A stretch of DNA of 64,000 bases from an uncultured delta proteobacterium (GTDB lineage Bacteria; Desulfobacterota; Desulfobaccia; Desulfobaccales; 0-14-0-80-60-11), in assembly GCA_963739295.1 (NCBI GenBank), contig CAVTZS010000015.1, forward strand, positions 13,574 to 77,573, written 5' to 3'. This document shows positions 9,055-18,766 of this stretch, piece after piece; within the stretch, counting starts at the first letter, position 1, and each line of letters begins with the position of its first letter. A model generated the notes under the pieces. The model ran no database searches and was not told the origin of the DNA. It saw only the letters and a program-made list of their open reading frames with translations. Position numbers and translations under genes: made by a program.

Positions 9055-9726
9055 ATGGCAAGGTATCTTATTCTGGGCGCAGGAAAATTCGGCCGCCTGG
9101 CCTTGGAACGCCTGGCCCGGCAGGATGACGAGGCCAGCTTCCTGGTGGTGGATGAATCCTCCCAGGCCCTGGCCGCGGCTCGGGCCCTTTTCAATAATAA
9201 TCGGCTGCACGTGGTAAAGGCGGAGGCCGTGGCTTTCCTGCTGAAGTTTCTGAAGGAAGACCCCGGCTGGGACTGGACCATCCCCATGGTCCCGGTACAT
9301 GTGGCCTTTCAGTGGCTGTGGCAGGGCCCCCTGGCGGGATTGGGCTGGCATCTGGCGGAGGTCCCGGAAGCCGTAGAAAAACTGGCCCCCCATGCCCAGC
9401 ACGGCAAACAAGGCGAACTCTACCTGTCCCGGGCCACCCAGCTGTGCCCGGACGATTGCTCCGAACCGGATTTCTGTCCTGTGACGGGCGAGTCCCGGGA
9501 GGTTCCCTTGTATGTGGAATTGGCCGCGCTTAAAATCTCTGATTTTCAGGTCATGGTCGTGCCCAGCCGGCAGTTGGCCCCGGGAGTGGGAGGCTATCCC
9601 AGCGCCTGGTTGCCGGCCCTGGGTCAAGAGTTAACCTCCCTTCAGGGTAAAGTCTTGATCGCCACCGCGTGCCGCTGTCACGGGGTAGTTAATGCCCTGG
9701 CCCGGTGGCCCTGGGGACCCTTTTGA
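9055..9726 (+). CDS. hypothetical protein, N-terminal GxGxxG Rossmann-like motif, Cys-rich second half
   Basis: [20 protein letters not shown]; [15 protein letters not shown] and [11 protein letters not shown] at 9055 preceded by GAGG. The end overlaps the next ORF by 22 nt in another frame. Confidence 0.45.
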   Translation: MARYLILGAGKFGRLALERLARQDDEASFLVVDESSQALAAARALFNNNRLHVVKAEAVAFLLKFLKEDPGWDWTIPMVPVHVAFQWLWQGPLAGLGWHLAEVPEAVEKLAPHAQHGKQGELYLSRATQLCPDDCSEPDFCPVTGESREVPLYVELAALKISDFQVMVVPSRQLAPGVGGYPSAWLPALGQELTSLQGKVLIATACRCHGVVNALARWPWGPF

Positions 9727-10667
9727 GCTTCGATTTTGCAGGGGTCATCGGCGTATCCGCCAGGATGCAGGAGATTTATCGTCTCCTGGAACTGGTGTCC
9801 GCTTCGGAGGCCACGGTACTGTTGCTGGGGGAAACCGGCACGGGCAAGGAGCTGGTGGCCCAGGCCATTCATCGCAACAGTCCCCGGTGCCAGGGTCCCT
9901 TTGTGGTGGTCAATTGCGCGGCCCTGCCGGAGACCTTGCTGGAGAGCGAACTCTTTGGCCATGAACGGGGGGCCTTTACCGGGGCCACCAGCCGGAAGGA
10001 GGGCCGGTTTTCCCTGGCCCACCGGGGCACCATGTTCCTGGACGAGATTGGCGACCTCAGCCTGGCTACCCAGGTTAAGATCCTGCGAGTCCTCCAGAAC
10101 CGGGAGTTCGAACCCCTGGGAAGCACTCGCACCCTGAAGGTGGAGGTGCGCATCATCGCCGCCACCAACCGGGACCTGGAAGCCATGGTGCGGGAGGGGC
10201 GCTTCCGCAACGACCTCTTTTATCGCCTCAATGTCTTCCCCGTGGTGCTGCCTCCCCTCCGGGAGCGGATGGAGGATCTGCCCTTGCTGGCCCAGCACTT
10301 CCTGGCCTGTTACCGGGAAAAGAGCGGGCGGCAGGTGAAAGAGCTCTCGGAAGAGGTGCTCCAGGCCTTTAATCGTTACTCCTGGCCGGGAAATATCCGG
10401 GAGCTGGAGAATGCCATCGAGCGGGGGGTAATAGTCTGCCAGAGGGAGACCCTCACCTTAAATGATCTGCCTCCAGGGTTGCAACGCTACGGGTTCTGGC
10501 CGCCGCCGGGCGAGGACGTGGAACCTGAATTGCCGGAACTGGAGAAGCAGTTGATCAGCCGCACCCTGGAAAAAGTGGCTGGCCAGCGCCTTCAGGCCGC
10601 AGAAATCCTGGGCATCTCCCTGGATGAGTTGAATCTCAAGATCCGCTCCTACCGTCTGGAGGACTGA
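9705..10667 (+). CDS. sigma-54-dependent transcriptional activator (AAA+ plus Fis-type HTH) without a sensor/receiver domain in this ORF
   Basis: [15 protein letters not shown] (Walker A), [15 protein letters not shown] (GAFTGA), FLDEIGDL (Walker B), C-terminal [22 protein letters not shown] start. Confidence 0.85.
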   Translation: MALGTLLSFDFAGVIGVSARMQEIYRLLELVSASEATVLLLGETGTGKELVAQAIHRNSPRCQGPFVVVNCAALPETLLESELFGHERGAFTGATSRKEGRFSLAHRGTMFLDEIGDLSLATQVKILRVLQNREFEPLGSTRTLKVEVRIIAATNRDLEAMVREGRFRNDLFYRLNVFPVVLPPLRERMEDLPLLAQHFLACYREKSGRQVKELSEEVLQAFNRYSWPGNIRELENAIERGVIVCQRETLTLNDLPPGLQRYGFWPPPGEDVEPELPELEKQLISRTLEKVAGQRLQAAEILGISLDELNLKIRSYRLED

Positions 10668-10678
10668 CAGGTGTCGTT

Positions 10679-11350
10679 ATGATCTTTCCGCCGCTGATCC
10701 TCCTAATGATGCTGGCCTTCTTTCTGGTGGCCCTGATCCTGCTCCCCTTCTTAATGGTGGGGCTCATGGGGGGGGCCTTCATGAAATTGGGGCTCTCCCC
10801 CGGCACGATGTTCTGGCTCCTCATCTTTACCCTGGTGGGCAGCCTGGTCAATATCCCCATCTATTCCCTGAAGGGCCGGGAGGTGGTGGGAGACCTGCTG
10901 GTTTCCTATTACGGCATGCGGGTCCGGGTGCCCCGGGTGCGGCGCCCCCAGGAGACCATCCTGGCCGTCAATGTGGGGGGCGCCGTAATCCCCGTGGGGC
11001 TTTGCCTCTATTTGCTGACCAAGATCGATTTTGGCCTCTACTTGCCCATCCTGGTGGCAGTAGTGACCGTGGTGGTGAATCGCCTGGCCCGGCCCATCCG
11101 GGGCCTGGGCATTGGCGTGCCGGGCCTCATTCCCCCGCTGGTGGCGGCCCTGGGGGCCTATCTCCTCTCCCCTCCGGAACTCAGGGCCGCCAGCGCCTAT
11201 ATCGCCAGCACCCTGGGAATTTTAATCGGCGCGGACCTCTTGAAGCTGGGAGAGATCGCCCAACTGGGCGCGCCGGTGGCTTCCATCGGCGGCGCCGGCA
11301 CCTTTGACGCCATCTTTTTGAGTGGCATCATCGCCGTATTGCTCAGTTAA
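10679..11350 (+). CDS. DUF1614-like integral membrane protein
   Basis: 223-aa polytopic ORF. The family assignment is recalled from its N-terminal pattern (FMKLGLSP...LVGSLVNIPI). Confidence 0.55.
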   Translation: MIFPPLILLMMLAFFLVALILLPFLMVGLMGGAFMKLGLSPGTMFWLLIFTLVGSLVNIPIYSLKGREVVGDLLVSYYGMRVRVPRVRRPQETILAVNVGGAVIPVGLCLYLLTKIDFGLYLPILVAVVTVVVNRLARPIRGLGIGVPGLIPPLVAALGAYLLSPPELRAASAYIASTLGILIGADLLKLGEIAQLGAPVASIGGAGTFDAIFLSGIIAVLLS

Positions 11351-11467
11351 TCCTGGTCAGGCGGGCTTAAGAAGGAACGATTTATTGGAGCGAGGCGGAC
11401 CTCGCGGCTATTACCCTCATTCAGGTAGCCACCAGGCCTAAACGGTATCTTGAGGGAGGTTGAGAAA

Positions 11468-11923
11468 ATGGCGGGTCGGATCAACCACAGCCTGTGGCAC
11501 AAGAGAGCGCCACGATGGGCGATCATCCTGGGCATACTGCTGCTCCCGGTGATTTTGGTGGCCTGGAGCGATGTCAGCGGCAACACCATCAACCCCCGCT
11601 TTGTCGCCAAGATCAAAGACGGGCAGACCACCAAGCATGAGATCCTGCTCTATTTTGGGGAACCGGACGAGGTGGAGCGCAACCCGGAGGGACTGATATT
11701 CAAGTACGCCAGTTACAAGGATGCCCCCCCCATGGGGATGCCGAAGGGGTTTCTGGATCGGGAGATCAACGAGCAATCCCCCCTCCCGTACTTTTTGGAT
11801 GAAGACAAGAAAGTAAAGAAGGTGCAGCCCAAGAAGGAGAGCAAAGTGCTGCGCAGCACCTTGACCATCCGCTTCAAGCCTGACGGGGAGACGGTGCTCA
11901 GCCACGAATATCAGGAATATTAA
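11468..11923 (+). CDS. hypothetical membrane-anchored protein with BamE/SmpA_OmlA-like segment
   Basis: ATG at 11468 lies 9 nt after GGGAGG. One TM (WAIILGILLLPVILVAW). KIKDGQTTKHEILLYFGEPDEV resembles the SmpA_OmlA core. Confidence 0.4.
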   Translation: MAGRINHSLWHKRAPRWAIILGILLLPVILVAWSDVSGNTINPRFVAKIKDGQTTKHEILLYFGEPDEVERNPEGLIFKYASYKDAPPMGMPKGFLDREINEQSPLPYFLDEDKKVKKVQPKKESKVLRSTLTIRFKPDGETVLSHEYQEY

Positions 11924-11935
11924 CGGGAGAGCCGG

Positions 11936-13291
11936 ATGACGGCCTTTTCGGACCTGGCCCAGGCCACGGCCTGGGTCTTTGACTTACAGAAATTCGGCAT
12001 CAAGTTCGGGCTGTCCTCCACCCGCCGCCTGCTGGCCCGGCTGGGCCTGCCATATCAGACGGGCCGCTATATCCACATCGCCGGCACCAACGGCAAGGGT
12101 TCGGTGGCAGCCATGCTGAGCGCCATTCTCACCCGGGCCGGCTATCCGGTGGGCCTGTTCACTTCCCCCCATCTGGTACATTTTAGGGAACGCTATCGCT
12201 TGAAGGATCTGGAGGTCTCGGAAGAGCGCCTGCTGGCTTTGATCAACGAGGTGCGGGCCGCGGTGGACGGGTCCGAGCCTCCCACCTTTTTTGAGTTCGC
12301 CGCGGCCCTGGCCTTTCTCTACTTTTTCCAGGAAGGCGCGGAGCCCATCATCCTGGAAACCGGCATGGGGGGGCGACTGGATGCCACCAATATCATTCGC
12401 CCCCGGGTAACGGTAATCACCAATGTTTCCCTGGACCATCAGGAATATTTGGGAAATAGTTTAACTGCCATTGCGGGAGAAAAGGCCGGGATCATTAAAG
12501 GCGGAGCGCCTTTAGTTACTTTTGCCAAGCAAAAACTGGTGCTGGACCTGCTCCGGCAGCGCTGCCGCCAGCGGGGCGCGCCCCTCTATCTGGGCGGGGT
12601 GGATTTTAAGGTTAGGGGGCGAGGCCAGCAGTTCGATTACCAGGGTCTCCACCAGAGACTCCAGGGCCTGACCCTGAGCCTGGCGGGGCGCCACCAGTAT
12701 CGCAATGCCGCCCTGGCCCTGGCAGTGCTGGAGATTCTGAACCGGGACGGCTTTACGGTAAGTGAGGCGGCGATCCGGGAAGGTCTCAAGCTGACCCGCT
12801 GGCCGGGCCGCCTGGAGCAGGTTCCCCAGGACCCCCAGGTTCTGCTGGACGGCGCGCACAATCCGGCGGCCGCCCTGACCCTGGCCCAGGCCTTGAAAAA
12901 TGGCCACCGCCAGGGGCGTCTCATCCTGGTGGTGGGCATCATGGCCGACAAGGACGTGGAGGGCATCCTGGCCCGGCTCCTGCCCCTGGCCCAGATGGTT
13001 ATCTTCACCCAGCCCCGCTATTTCCGGGCTGCGACCCCCCAGGACCTGGCCCGGCGGGCCCAACCATACAACCTTGAGATTATTCAGGTTCCCCAGGTGG
13101 CGGCGGCGGTCCGGCGGGCCCAGGAACTGGCCGGGCCCCAGGACCAGATCGTGGTCACCGGCTCCCTTTATACCGTGGGGGAGGCCCAGGAGTATTTTCA
13201 GGGGACGGGGGGAGAGGGCCAGGGGTCAAAGACCCCTGCCCCCACCTCAAGGGGAGAGTCAAAATGCGCATCTTTGTCTCCGGTTCTCTAG
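11936..13291 (+). CDS. folC: bifunctional folylpolyglutamate synthase / dihydrofolate synthase
   Basis: HIAGTNGKGSV P-loop, FTSPHLVHFRERY, ETGMGGRLDATN, LDGAHNPAA. The 3' end reads through a degenerate repeat copy. Confidence 0.85.
   Translation: MTAFSDLAQATAWVFDLQKFGIKFGLSSTRRLLARLGLPYQTGRYIHIAGTNGKGSVAAMLSAILTRAGYPVGLFTSPHLVHFRERYRLKDLEVSEERLLALINEVRAAVDGSEPPTFFEFAAALAFLYFFQEGAEPIILETGMGGRLDATNIIRPRVTVITNVSLDHQEYLGNSLTAIAGEKAGIIKGGAPLVTFAKQKLVLDLLRQRCRQRGAPLYLGGVDFKVRGRGQQFDYQGLHQRLQGLTLSLAGRHQYRNAALALAVLEILNRDGFTVSEAAIREGLKLTRWPGRLEQVPQDPQVLLDGAHNPAAALTLAQALKNGHRQGRLILVVGIMADKDVEGILARLLPLAQMVIFTQPRYFRAATPQDLARRAQPYNLEIIQVPQVAAAVRRAQELAGPQDQIVVTGSLYTVGEAQEYFQGTGGEGQGSKTPAPTSRGESKCASLSPVL
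13207..13247. repeat. degenerate solo hairpin of the intergenic repeat inside the folC 3' end
   Basis: GGGGGGAGAGGGCCAGGGGTCaaaGACCCCTGCCCCCACC. Confidence 0.6.
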
Positions 13292-14220
13292 CCTACGACC
13301 GCATCATGGATTTTCCTGGGCGGTTCGCGGATCACATCCTGCCGGAGAAGATCCACATCCTGAACGTCTGCTTCATGGTGAACGGCTTGACCGAGCGGTT
13401 CGGCGGCACCGCCGGCAATATCGCCTATAATCTGGCCCTGCTGGGGGAGAAACCCATCATCTTGGCCACCGCGGGGCGGGATTTCGGGCTTTACCAGGAG
13501 TGGCTCCGGCAGCTGGGTCTGCCCCTGGAGGGGATCAAGGAGATCCCCCAGGAGGTCACTGCCGGAGCCTATATCACCACGGATCAGAGCGACAACCAGA
13601 TCACCGGGTTCAATCCCGGGGCCATGAAGTACCCCTCCCAATATAGCTTCGACGGAGTATCCCCTAAGACGGCCCTGGCCATCGTGGCTCCTGGAAACCT
13701 GGAGGATATGTTGGTCTACACCCGGCAATATAAGGCCCTGGGGGTGCGCTACATCTTTGACCCGGGACAGTCCATCCCGGCCTGGGGCCAGGCCGAGCTC
13801 CAAGAGATGGCTGACGGCGCCCTGGCCTTGATTGCCAATGATTATGAACTGGAGATGTTTCGGAAAAAAACCGGCCTGGATGACGCCCGCCTCCTGGAAG
13901 GCACCGGCATGCTCATCACCACCCGGGGCGAGGAGGGCTCAGAGTTGCTTTCGGCCCAGGGGAGAGAACGGATCCCGCCGGCCAAGGCCCGAAAGGTGCT
14001 GGACCCCACCGGCGCGGGGGATGCTTACCGGGCGGGACTTCTCAAGGGGCTGGCCCGGGGTCTTACCTGGACCCTCTCGGCCCGGCTGGGCGCGGTTTTG
14101 GCCTCCTTTGCGGTGGAACAACAAGGCACCCAGGAACACCGGATGTCCTTCCAGGATCTCTGGGGGCGTTATACCCAGAACTTTGGTCCGCCTCCGGCGC
14201 TGCTTAAGGAAGTCCTATGA
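13264..14220 (+). CDS. PfkB-family carbohydrate/nucleoside kinase
   Basis: GGTAGNIAYNLALLG near the N-terminus and DPTGAGDAYRAG near the C-terminus. Confidence 0.8.
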   Translation: MRIFVSGSLAYDRIMDFPGRFADHILPEKIHILNVCFMVNGLTERFGGTAGNIAYNLALLGEKPIILATAGRDFGLYQEWLRQLGLPLEGIKEIPQEVTAGAYITTDQSDNQITGFNPGAMKYPSQYSFDGVSPKTALAIVAPGNLEDMLVYTRQYKALGVRYIFDPGQSIPAWGQAELQEMADGALALIANDYELEMFRKKTGLDDARLLEGTGMLITTRGEEGSELLSAQGRERIPPAKARKVLDPTGAGDAYRAGLLKGLARGLTWTLSARLGAVLASFAVEQQGTQEHRMSFQDLWGRYTQNFGPPPALLKEVL

Positions 14221-14555
14221 GCTACCCGAGCCTGGCTGCCGACACCTCCCCAACCGAGCTTTTGGGCCGGATTCAGGATCTTTTCCGGGAATTGGGCCTC
14301 TTCGAGCAAAGATTAGCCCTCACCCATGAGGGCCAGAAATACCTGTCCAGCTGCAACGGAGCTGCCTTCACCGTTTATCGCCTGAACGAAAACAGCCATG
14401 TGCCTCCCGGGATCCCGGGCTGGCCCGTTTGCCTGGTAACCGCGGAGGCGGTGATAGACGAAACCAGCCCGCCCTTTCTGGCCGAAGACGAATTCGCCTC
14501 GGGCCTTACCCTCCAAGACTGGCTCCGCCTGATCGAAGAGACGTTTCGGAAGTAA
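14217..14555 (+). CDS. hypothetical protein
   Basis: 112-aa ORF with ATGA overlap with the kinase gene. No motif recognised. Confidence 0.4.
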   Translation: MSYPSLAADTSPTELLGRIQDLFRELGLFEQRLALTHEGQKYLSSCNGAAFTVYRLNENSHVPPGIPGWPVCLVTAEAVIDETSPPFLAEDEFASGLTLQDWLRLIEETFRK

Positions 14556-14560
14556 TTTTT

Positions 14561-14753
14561 TGGGGGAGGGGGCCAGGGGTCGCAGGCCCACTTACAATCC
14601 TCCCCCAAACCCCCACCCCCAATCCCTTAAGTTAAATTTTGGACTGGAGAAGTCGGGGCCTTCTCAGGCCCCGACTTCTCCAGTCACTTAAGCGGGTTGG
14701 GAGGGGGGTGTGGGGGGAGGGCAGGGAGGTCACCTCCCTGGCCCTCCCCCCAC
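14561..14753 (-). repeat. composite intergenic repeat, full-length copy, reverse
   Basis: Reverse complement of the hp1-hp2-hp3 order. hp2 tip is CTGGAGAAGTCGGGGCCttctcaGGCCCCGACTTCTCCAG. Confidence 0.9.
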
Positions 14754-16631
14754 AGGCGGCGGGGCCTCCGGCGCAGGGCGAGGAGCTTCCGGAGGCGGCG
14801 TGGGCTCGGTATAGCTCATGGTGAACCGAAAATGGGGAAACAGCCGGGGCAGGCGCATCATGTTGAACACCATGACGCCGATGGCCAGTCGGTCCAGCCA
14901 GGAGGACATGGGCCAGCCCAGGTGCACCGTGACCTGGCGGTCGGCAAACTCATATTGCACCACCCGCAGCAGGGCCACCATGCGGTGATAAAGGCTCAGT
15001 TTGAGGAGCGGCAGGCGGAAATGGTTGGGGGCCATCTTGGGTGGGATGCCGGCCCGGGGAGAATACAAGGTCATGAAGGCGGCATTATCCTGAACCTCGT
15101 GACCCGCCTCCCCGGAGCGGCGGAAATAAATATGGATATCCGGGGAGGAAGATTCAGCCAGATACAAGATCATCTCCATCTCGCTGTCGCCTTTCTCGAT
15201 CTCCTTGCGTTCCGGGGCGCGCTTCTGGGCCATGAGGAAACCGCCCAGCAAGACTACCCCCGTGACCGTGGCCCACAGGATAGTTCCATGGATTTTCTTT
15301 GACGCCAGAAAGACAAAGCAACTTAAGAAGACGATCCACATGATCAGGGTCACCAGACGGCTGGTGTTGAAGTGGATCACCTCCTTGGTGCCCATGAAAT
15401 AGCGATAGATGATGAGGGACCCCATATTGATGCAGAAGCTGGCGATGAGTCCCAGGGCATACATGTCCGCCAGGGTCTCTTGCCGGCCCGCAGTGATAAA
15501 GATGATGAGAGAAAAGAAGGTGGCATTGGTCAGGTGGATGCGATAGAGGGACTGGCGGCGGTTGGTGGCGATGAGCCAGAAAAATCCATAGCGATGGGCC
15601 ACTCGCTCCAGCAATTCGCTGGAGGCCACAAACGCGGTATTGACCGCCATGATCAGGGTGAAGCTGGCCAGGGCCGCCACCGCGACTCCAAAGGGGATGC
15701 CGTTTATCAGGGTGGCGTAGTGGGTGATCAGGTCTCCTTCATGCGCCTTGAAATCAATATGTGCTGATAGGGCCAGGGCCGCCACCAGGGGGGTCACCAG
15801 GCCCACGGTGCAGGCCAGGAAGATATAAGCCTTGCCAGTCTCCCGCCAATTGCGCACCAGGCCGGCGGTCTGGAGTACGGATTCCACTCCGGAGTAGGCC
15901 AGGATACAGAAGGCCATGTTGGCGATGAAGATCTGATAACCCTGGAAGAAGGTACCCTGTCCCAAGAGCCGGCCCGCGGTCCAGACTTCATCTTTCATCC
16001 GCCCCAAGGTGGCGCTGTCCAGGGCCAGAACGCCGGAGGCGATCAGGTTAAGGAAGATGAACGCCGCGGCTATGAAAATCGTGAAGGTGACCCGGGCGTT
16101 TTCCCTGATGCCCATGATATTCAGTCCCGCTATGACCCAAATAATGACGAGTACCAGAATCATCAACACATTATGGGACAGGGCGAAAAAGGAGGCCGCG
16201 TTGGACACTGCACTCACCGCCGAAATACAGGCGGTGAGGATATAGTCCACCATGATGGAGGCCACGGCCACGAAGGAGGTCATGGGCCCCAGGACCAGGT
16301 AAGAAAAGGAATAGACCCCGCCGCCGATGAGCCCATGATGCTCTAAGATTTCGGCAATCTCCACCAGCCGGGTGGTCATGTAGTGGATGAACAAGGAGGT
16401 AAAGGCAATAAAGAAAATGGCGCTGGCGCCGATGAAGCGGAAGGCTTCCGCGGGGGCGTAAAACACCGAGGTGAGCTCATCCATCAGGGTGATGACCGCG
16501 ATGGACAGCCAGGTGAGCCACCATCGGCCATTTTGATAGTAGGAGAGCCGCCCCGGCTTGCGGAGCAACAGGAAAAAGACGGCCACCACGGCCAGGTTGA
16601 TTACCACCAGGACGCTGGTTTTCATATCCAA
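14730..16631 (-). CDS. APC-superfamily permease with C-terminal cytoplasmic domain (KimA-like, putative cation/K+ transporter), paralogue 1
   Basis: 633 aa, about 12 TM. GGGVYSFSYLVLGP...VDYILTACISAVSA resembles the KimA GGGAY...VDYILT pattern (recalled). The C-terminus runs into a repeat copy. Confidence 0.6.
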   Translation of the reverse strand: MDMKTSVLVVINLAVVAVFFLLLRKPGRLSYYQNGRWWLTWLSIAVITLMDELTSVFYAPAEAFRFIGASAIFFIAFTSLFIHYMTTRLVEIAEILEHHGLIGGGVYSFSYLVLGPMTSFVAVASIMVDYILTACISAVSAVSNAASFFALSHNVLMILVLVIIWVIAGLNIMGIRENARVTFTIFIAAAFIFLNLIASGVLALDSATLGRMKDEVWTAGRLLGQGTFFQGYQIFIANMAFCILAYSGVESVLQTAGLVRNWRETGKAYIFLACTVGLVTPLVAALALSAHIDFKAHEGDLITHYATLINGIPFGVAVAALASFTLIMAVNTAFVASSELLERVAHRYGFFWLIATNRRQSLYRIHLTNATFFSLIIFITAGRQETLADMYALGLIASFCINMGSLIIYRYFMGTKEVIHFNTSRLVTLIMWIVFLSCFVFLASKKIHGTILWATVTGVVLLGGFLMAQKRAPERKEIEKGDSEMEMILYLAESSSPDIHIYFRRSGEAGHEVQDNAAFMTLYSPRAGIPPKMAPNHFRLPLLKLSLYHRMVALLRVVQYEFADRQVTVHLGWPMSSWLDRLAIGVMVFNMMRLPRLFPHFRFTMSYTEPTPPPEAPRPAPEAPPPVGGGPGR

Positions 16632-18589
16632 GTTGTTCGTCTAACAGGCGGGGGATGAGATAATCTTGCGGTAAAACCCGCAAGATGTCCAGGGCTCAAT
16701 CCCAAAGCGGTTACTTTCAAGATCTCAGGCAGCCATCCCCGGGGCGCGCTGGGCAACGGGGTGCGCTTGAGGTACCTGATGATGAATTCAAACTGGGGGA
16801 AAAGGCGGGGCAGGCGCATCAGGTTGAAAACCATGACCCCGATGGCCAGGCGGTCCAGCCAGGAAGACAGGGGCCAGCCGATGTGCACCACCACCTTCCG
16901 GTCCCCCAGTTCATACTCCACTACCCGCAGCAGGGCCACCAGACGGTGATACAGGCTTATTTTGGTCAAGGGGAAGCGGAAATGGTTGGGGGCCACTTTC
17001 GGGGGTATGCCGCCCCGGGGAGAAAAAAACGTGATATAAGCCACATTGTCTTTGGCGAAGCCATGCTCCGGTTCTTCAGAGCGGCGGAAAATAAGATGAA
17101 TATCCGGGGCGCTGGACTCCGCCAGGAACAGGATCATCTCCATCTCGCTGTCGGCCTGGGCGATTTCCTTGCGCTCCGGGGCTCGCTTCCGCGCCACCAG
17201 GAACCCGGCCAGCAGCACCAGGCAGGTGACCGTGGCCCACAGAATGACCGCATAGTGCTTGTCCTTGGCCAGAAGGATAAAGCAGCTTAACAGGATGATC
17301 CATAATATCAGGGTGCCCAGACGGCTGGTGTAATAATGGATCACCTCCTTGGTGCCCATGAAGTAGCGGTAGATGATGAGAGAACCCATGTTGATGCAAA
17401 AGCTGGCGATGAGGCCCAGGGCATACATATCCGCCAGCAGCGCCTGGCTGCCGTGGGTAATAAAGATGATGCAGGAGAAAAAGCTGGCGCTGAGGATATG
17501 GATGCGGTACAGGGACTGCCGGCGGTTTAAGGCGATGAGCCAGAGAAAGCCATAGCGGTGGGCCACCCTTTCTAACAATTCGCTGGAGGCCACAAACGCG
17601 GTATTTATCGCCATGGTCAGGGTGAAGCTGGCCAGGGCGGCCACCGCTACTCCAAAAGGCACCCCATTCAGCATGGTGGCGTAATGGGTGATCAGGTCCC
17701 CCTCATGGGCCTTGAAATCAATGGGGGCCGACAGGGCCAGGGCCGCCACCAGAGGGGTGACGATGCCCACGGTGAGGGCCAGGAAGGTATAGGCCTTGCG
17801 AATATCCCGCCAGCTGCGCACCAGCCCGGCCGTCTGGAGCACGGATTCCACCCCGGAGTAAGCCAGGATGCAAAAGGCGACATTGGCGATAAAGTTGTCG
17901 TAGCTCCGGATAAAGGAGCCGGTGTGAAGATTCTTGGCCGTATCCAGGGCTGCCTGGGACATCACCCCCAGGGAGCCCCGGTCCAGGGCCAGGAGGCCGG
18001 AGGCGATGAGATTTAAGATGATGAAGACCGCGATCACAAAGACCATAAAGGTAAACCGGGCGTTATCCCGGATGCCCAGGATGTTCAAGCCCGCCACGGC
18101 CCAGATGATCACCAGCACCGACACCATGGTTTGCGGTCCGGTTAAAGAGAGGAAGGAGGCCGCGTTGGCCACCGCGCTCACCGCGGATATGCAGGCGGTG
18201 AGGATGTAGTCCACCATGATGGAAGCCACGGCCACAAAGGAGACCATGGGGCCCAGGACCAGGTAGGAGAAGGAATAGACGCCGCCGCCGATGAGGCCGT
18301 GATGCTCCAGGATCTCGGCGATCTCCGTGAGCCGGGTGCTCATAAAACGGATGAGCAGGCTGGTGATGGCGATATAGATGAGGGCGCTGGCCCCGATGAA
18401 GCGGTGGGCTTCCGCGGGCGCGTAAAAGACGGAGGTGAACTCGTCCATCAGGGTGATGACGGCCACCGCCAGAAAGGTGAGCCAGATGCGCCCTTGCTGG
18501 GAGTAAGAGAGCAGCTCCTTCTTGCGGAGCAAATAGATGAAAAAACCTGCCAGGGCCAGATTAAGGGCTAAGAGGAAATTGAATTTCAT
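16622..18589 (-). CDS. APC-superfamily permease with C-terminal cytoplasmic domain (KimA-like), paralogue 2
   Basis: 655 aa. Shares long identical runs with 14730..16631 (EIAEILEHHGLIGGGVYSFSYLVLGPM, FCILAYSGVESVLQTAGLVR, FKAHEGDLITHYAT). Overlaps it by 10 nt. Confidence 0.6.
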   Translation of the reverse strand: MKFNFLLALNLALAGFFIYLLRKKELLSYSQQGRIWLTFLAVAVITLMDEFTSVFYAPAEAHRFIGASALIYIAITSLLIRFMSTRLTEIAEILEHHGLIGGGVYSFSYLVLGPMVSFVAVASIMVDYILTACISAVSAVANAASFLSLTGPQTMVSVLVIIWAVAGLNILGIRDNARFTFMVFVIAVFIILNLIASGLLALDRGSLGVMSQAALDTAKNLHTGSFIRSYDNFIANVAFCILAYSGVESVLQTAGLVRSWRDIRKAYTFLALTVGIVTPLVAALALSAPIDFKAHEGDLITHYATMLNGVPFGVAVAALASFTLTMAINTAFVASSELLERVAHRYGFLWLIALNRRQSLYRIHILSASFFSCIIFITHGSQALLADMYALGLIASFCINMGSLIIYRYFMGTKEVIHYYTSRLGTLILWIILLSCFILLAKDKHYAVILWATVTCLVLLAGFLVARKRAPERKEIAQADSEMEMILFLAESSAPDIHLIFRRSEEPEHGFAKDNVAYITFFSPRGGIPPKVAPNHFRFPLTKISLYHRLVALLRVVEYELGDRKVVVHIGWPLSSWLDRLAIGVMVFNLMRLPRLFPQFEFIIRYLKRTPLPSAPRGWLPEILKVTALGLSPGHLAGFTARLSHPPPVRRTTWI

Positions 18590-18766
18590 CTGTCAGGTCT
18601 TTCCGTTAGGAGTGACAGGCTAAACACTCCGGGGGTTATCCCGCCTTAGCCTCAGAGTCCCCTTCCCCATGGAAATACTCAGGAATTTTAAACTCTGGAT
18701 GACGACATGACAACATTAAACTCGGTTTGCCTTGACAGGAGGAGGGCTTGGCCGTAGAAGGAATAG

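Noticed and set aside
9724-9726. Sec read-through at the TGA ending the 9055..9726 ORF
   Set aside because: The in-frame continuation is the low-complexity 9736..10137 frame, not the AAA+ frame. Any link to the activator needs a frameshift, not recoding.
18590-18766. c-di-AMP (ydaO/kimA-type) riboswitch upstream of the KimA-like permeases
   Set aside because: It was expected by analogy with Bacillus kimA. The leader lacks the pseudo-two-fold ACGGGGA / GGGUGAAUC-type blocks I recall, and only generic hairpins were seen.
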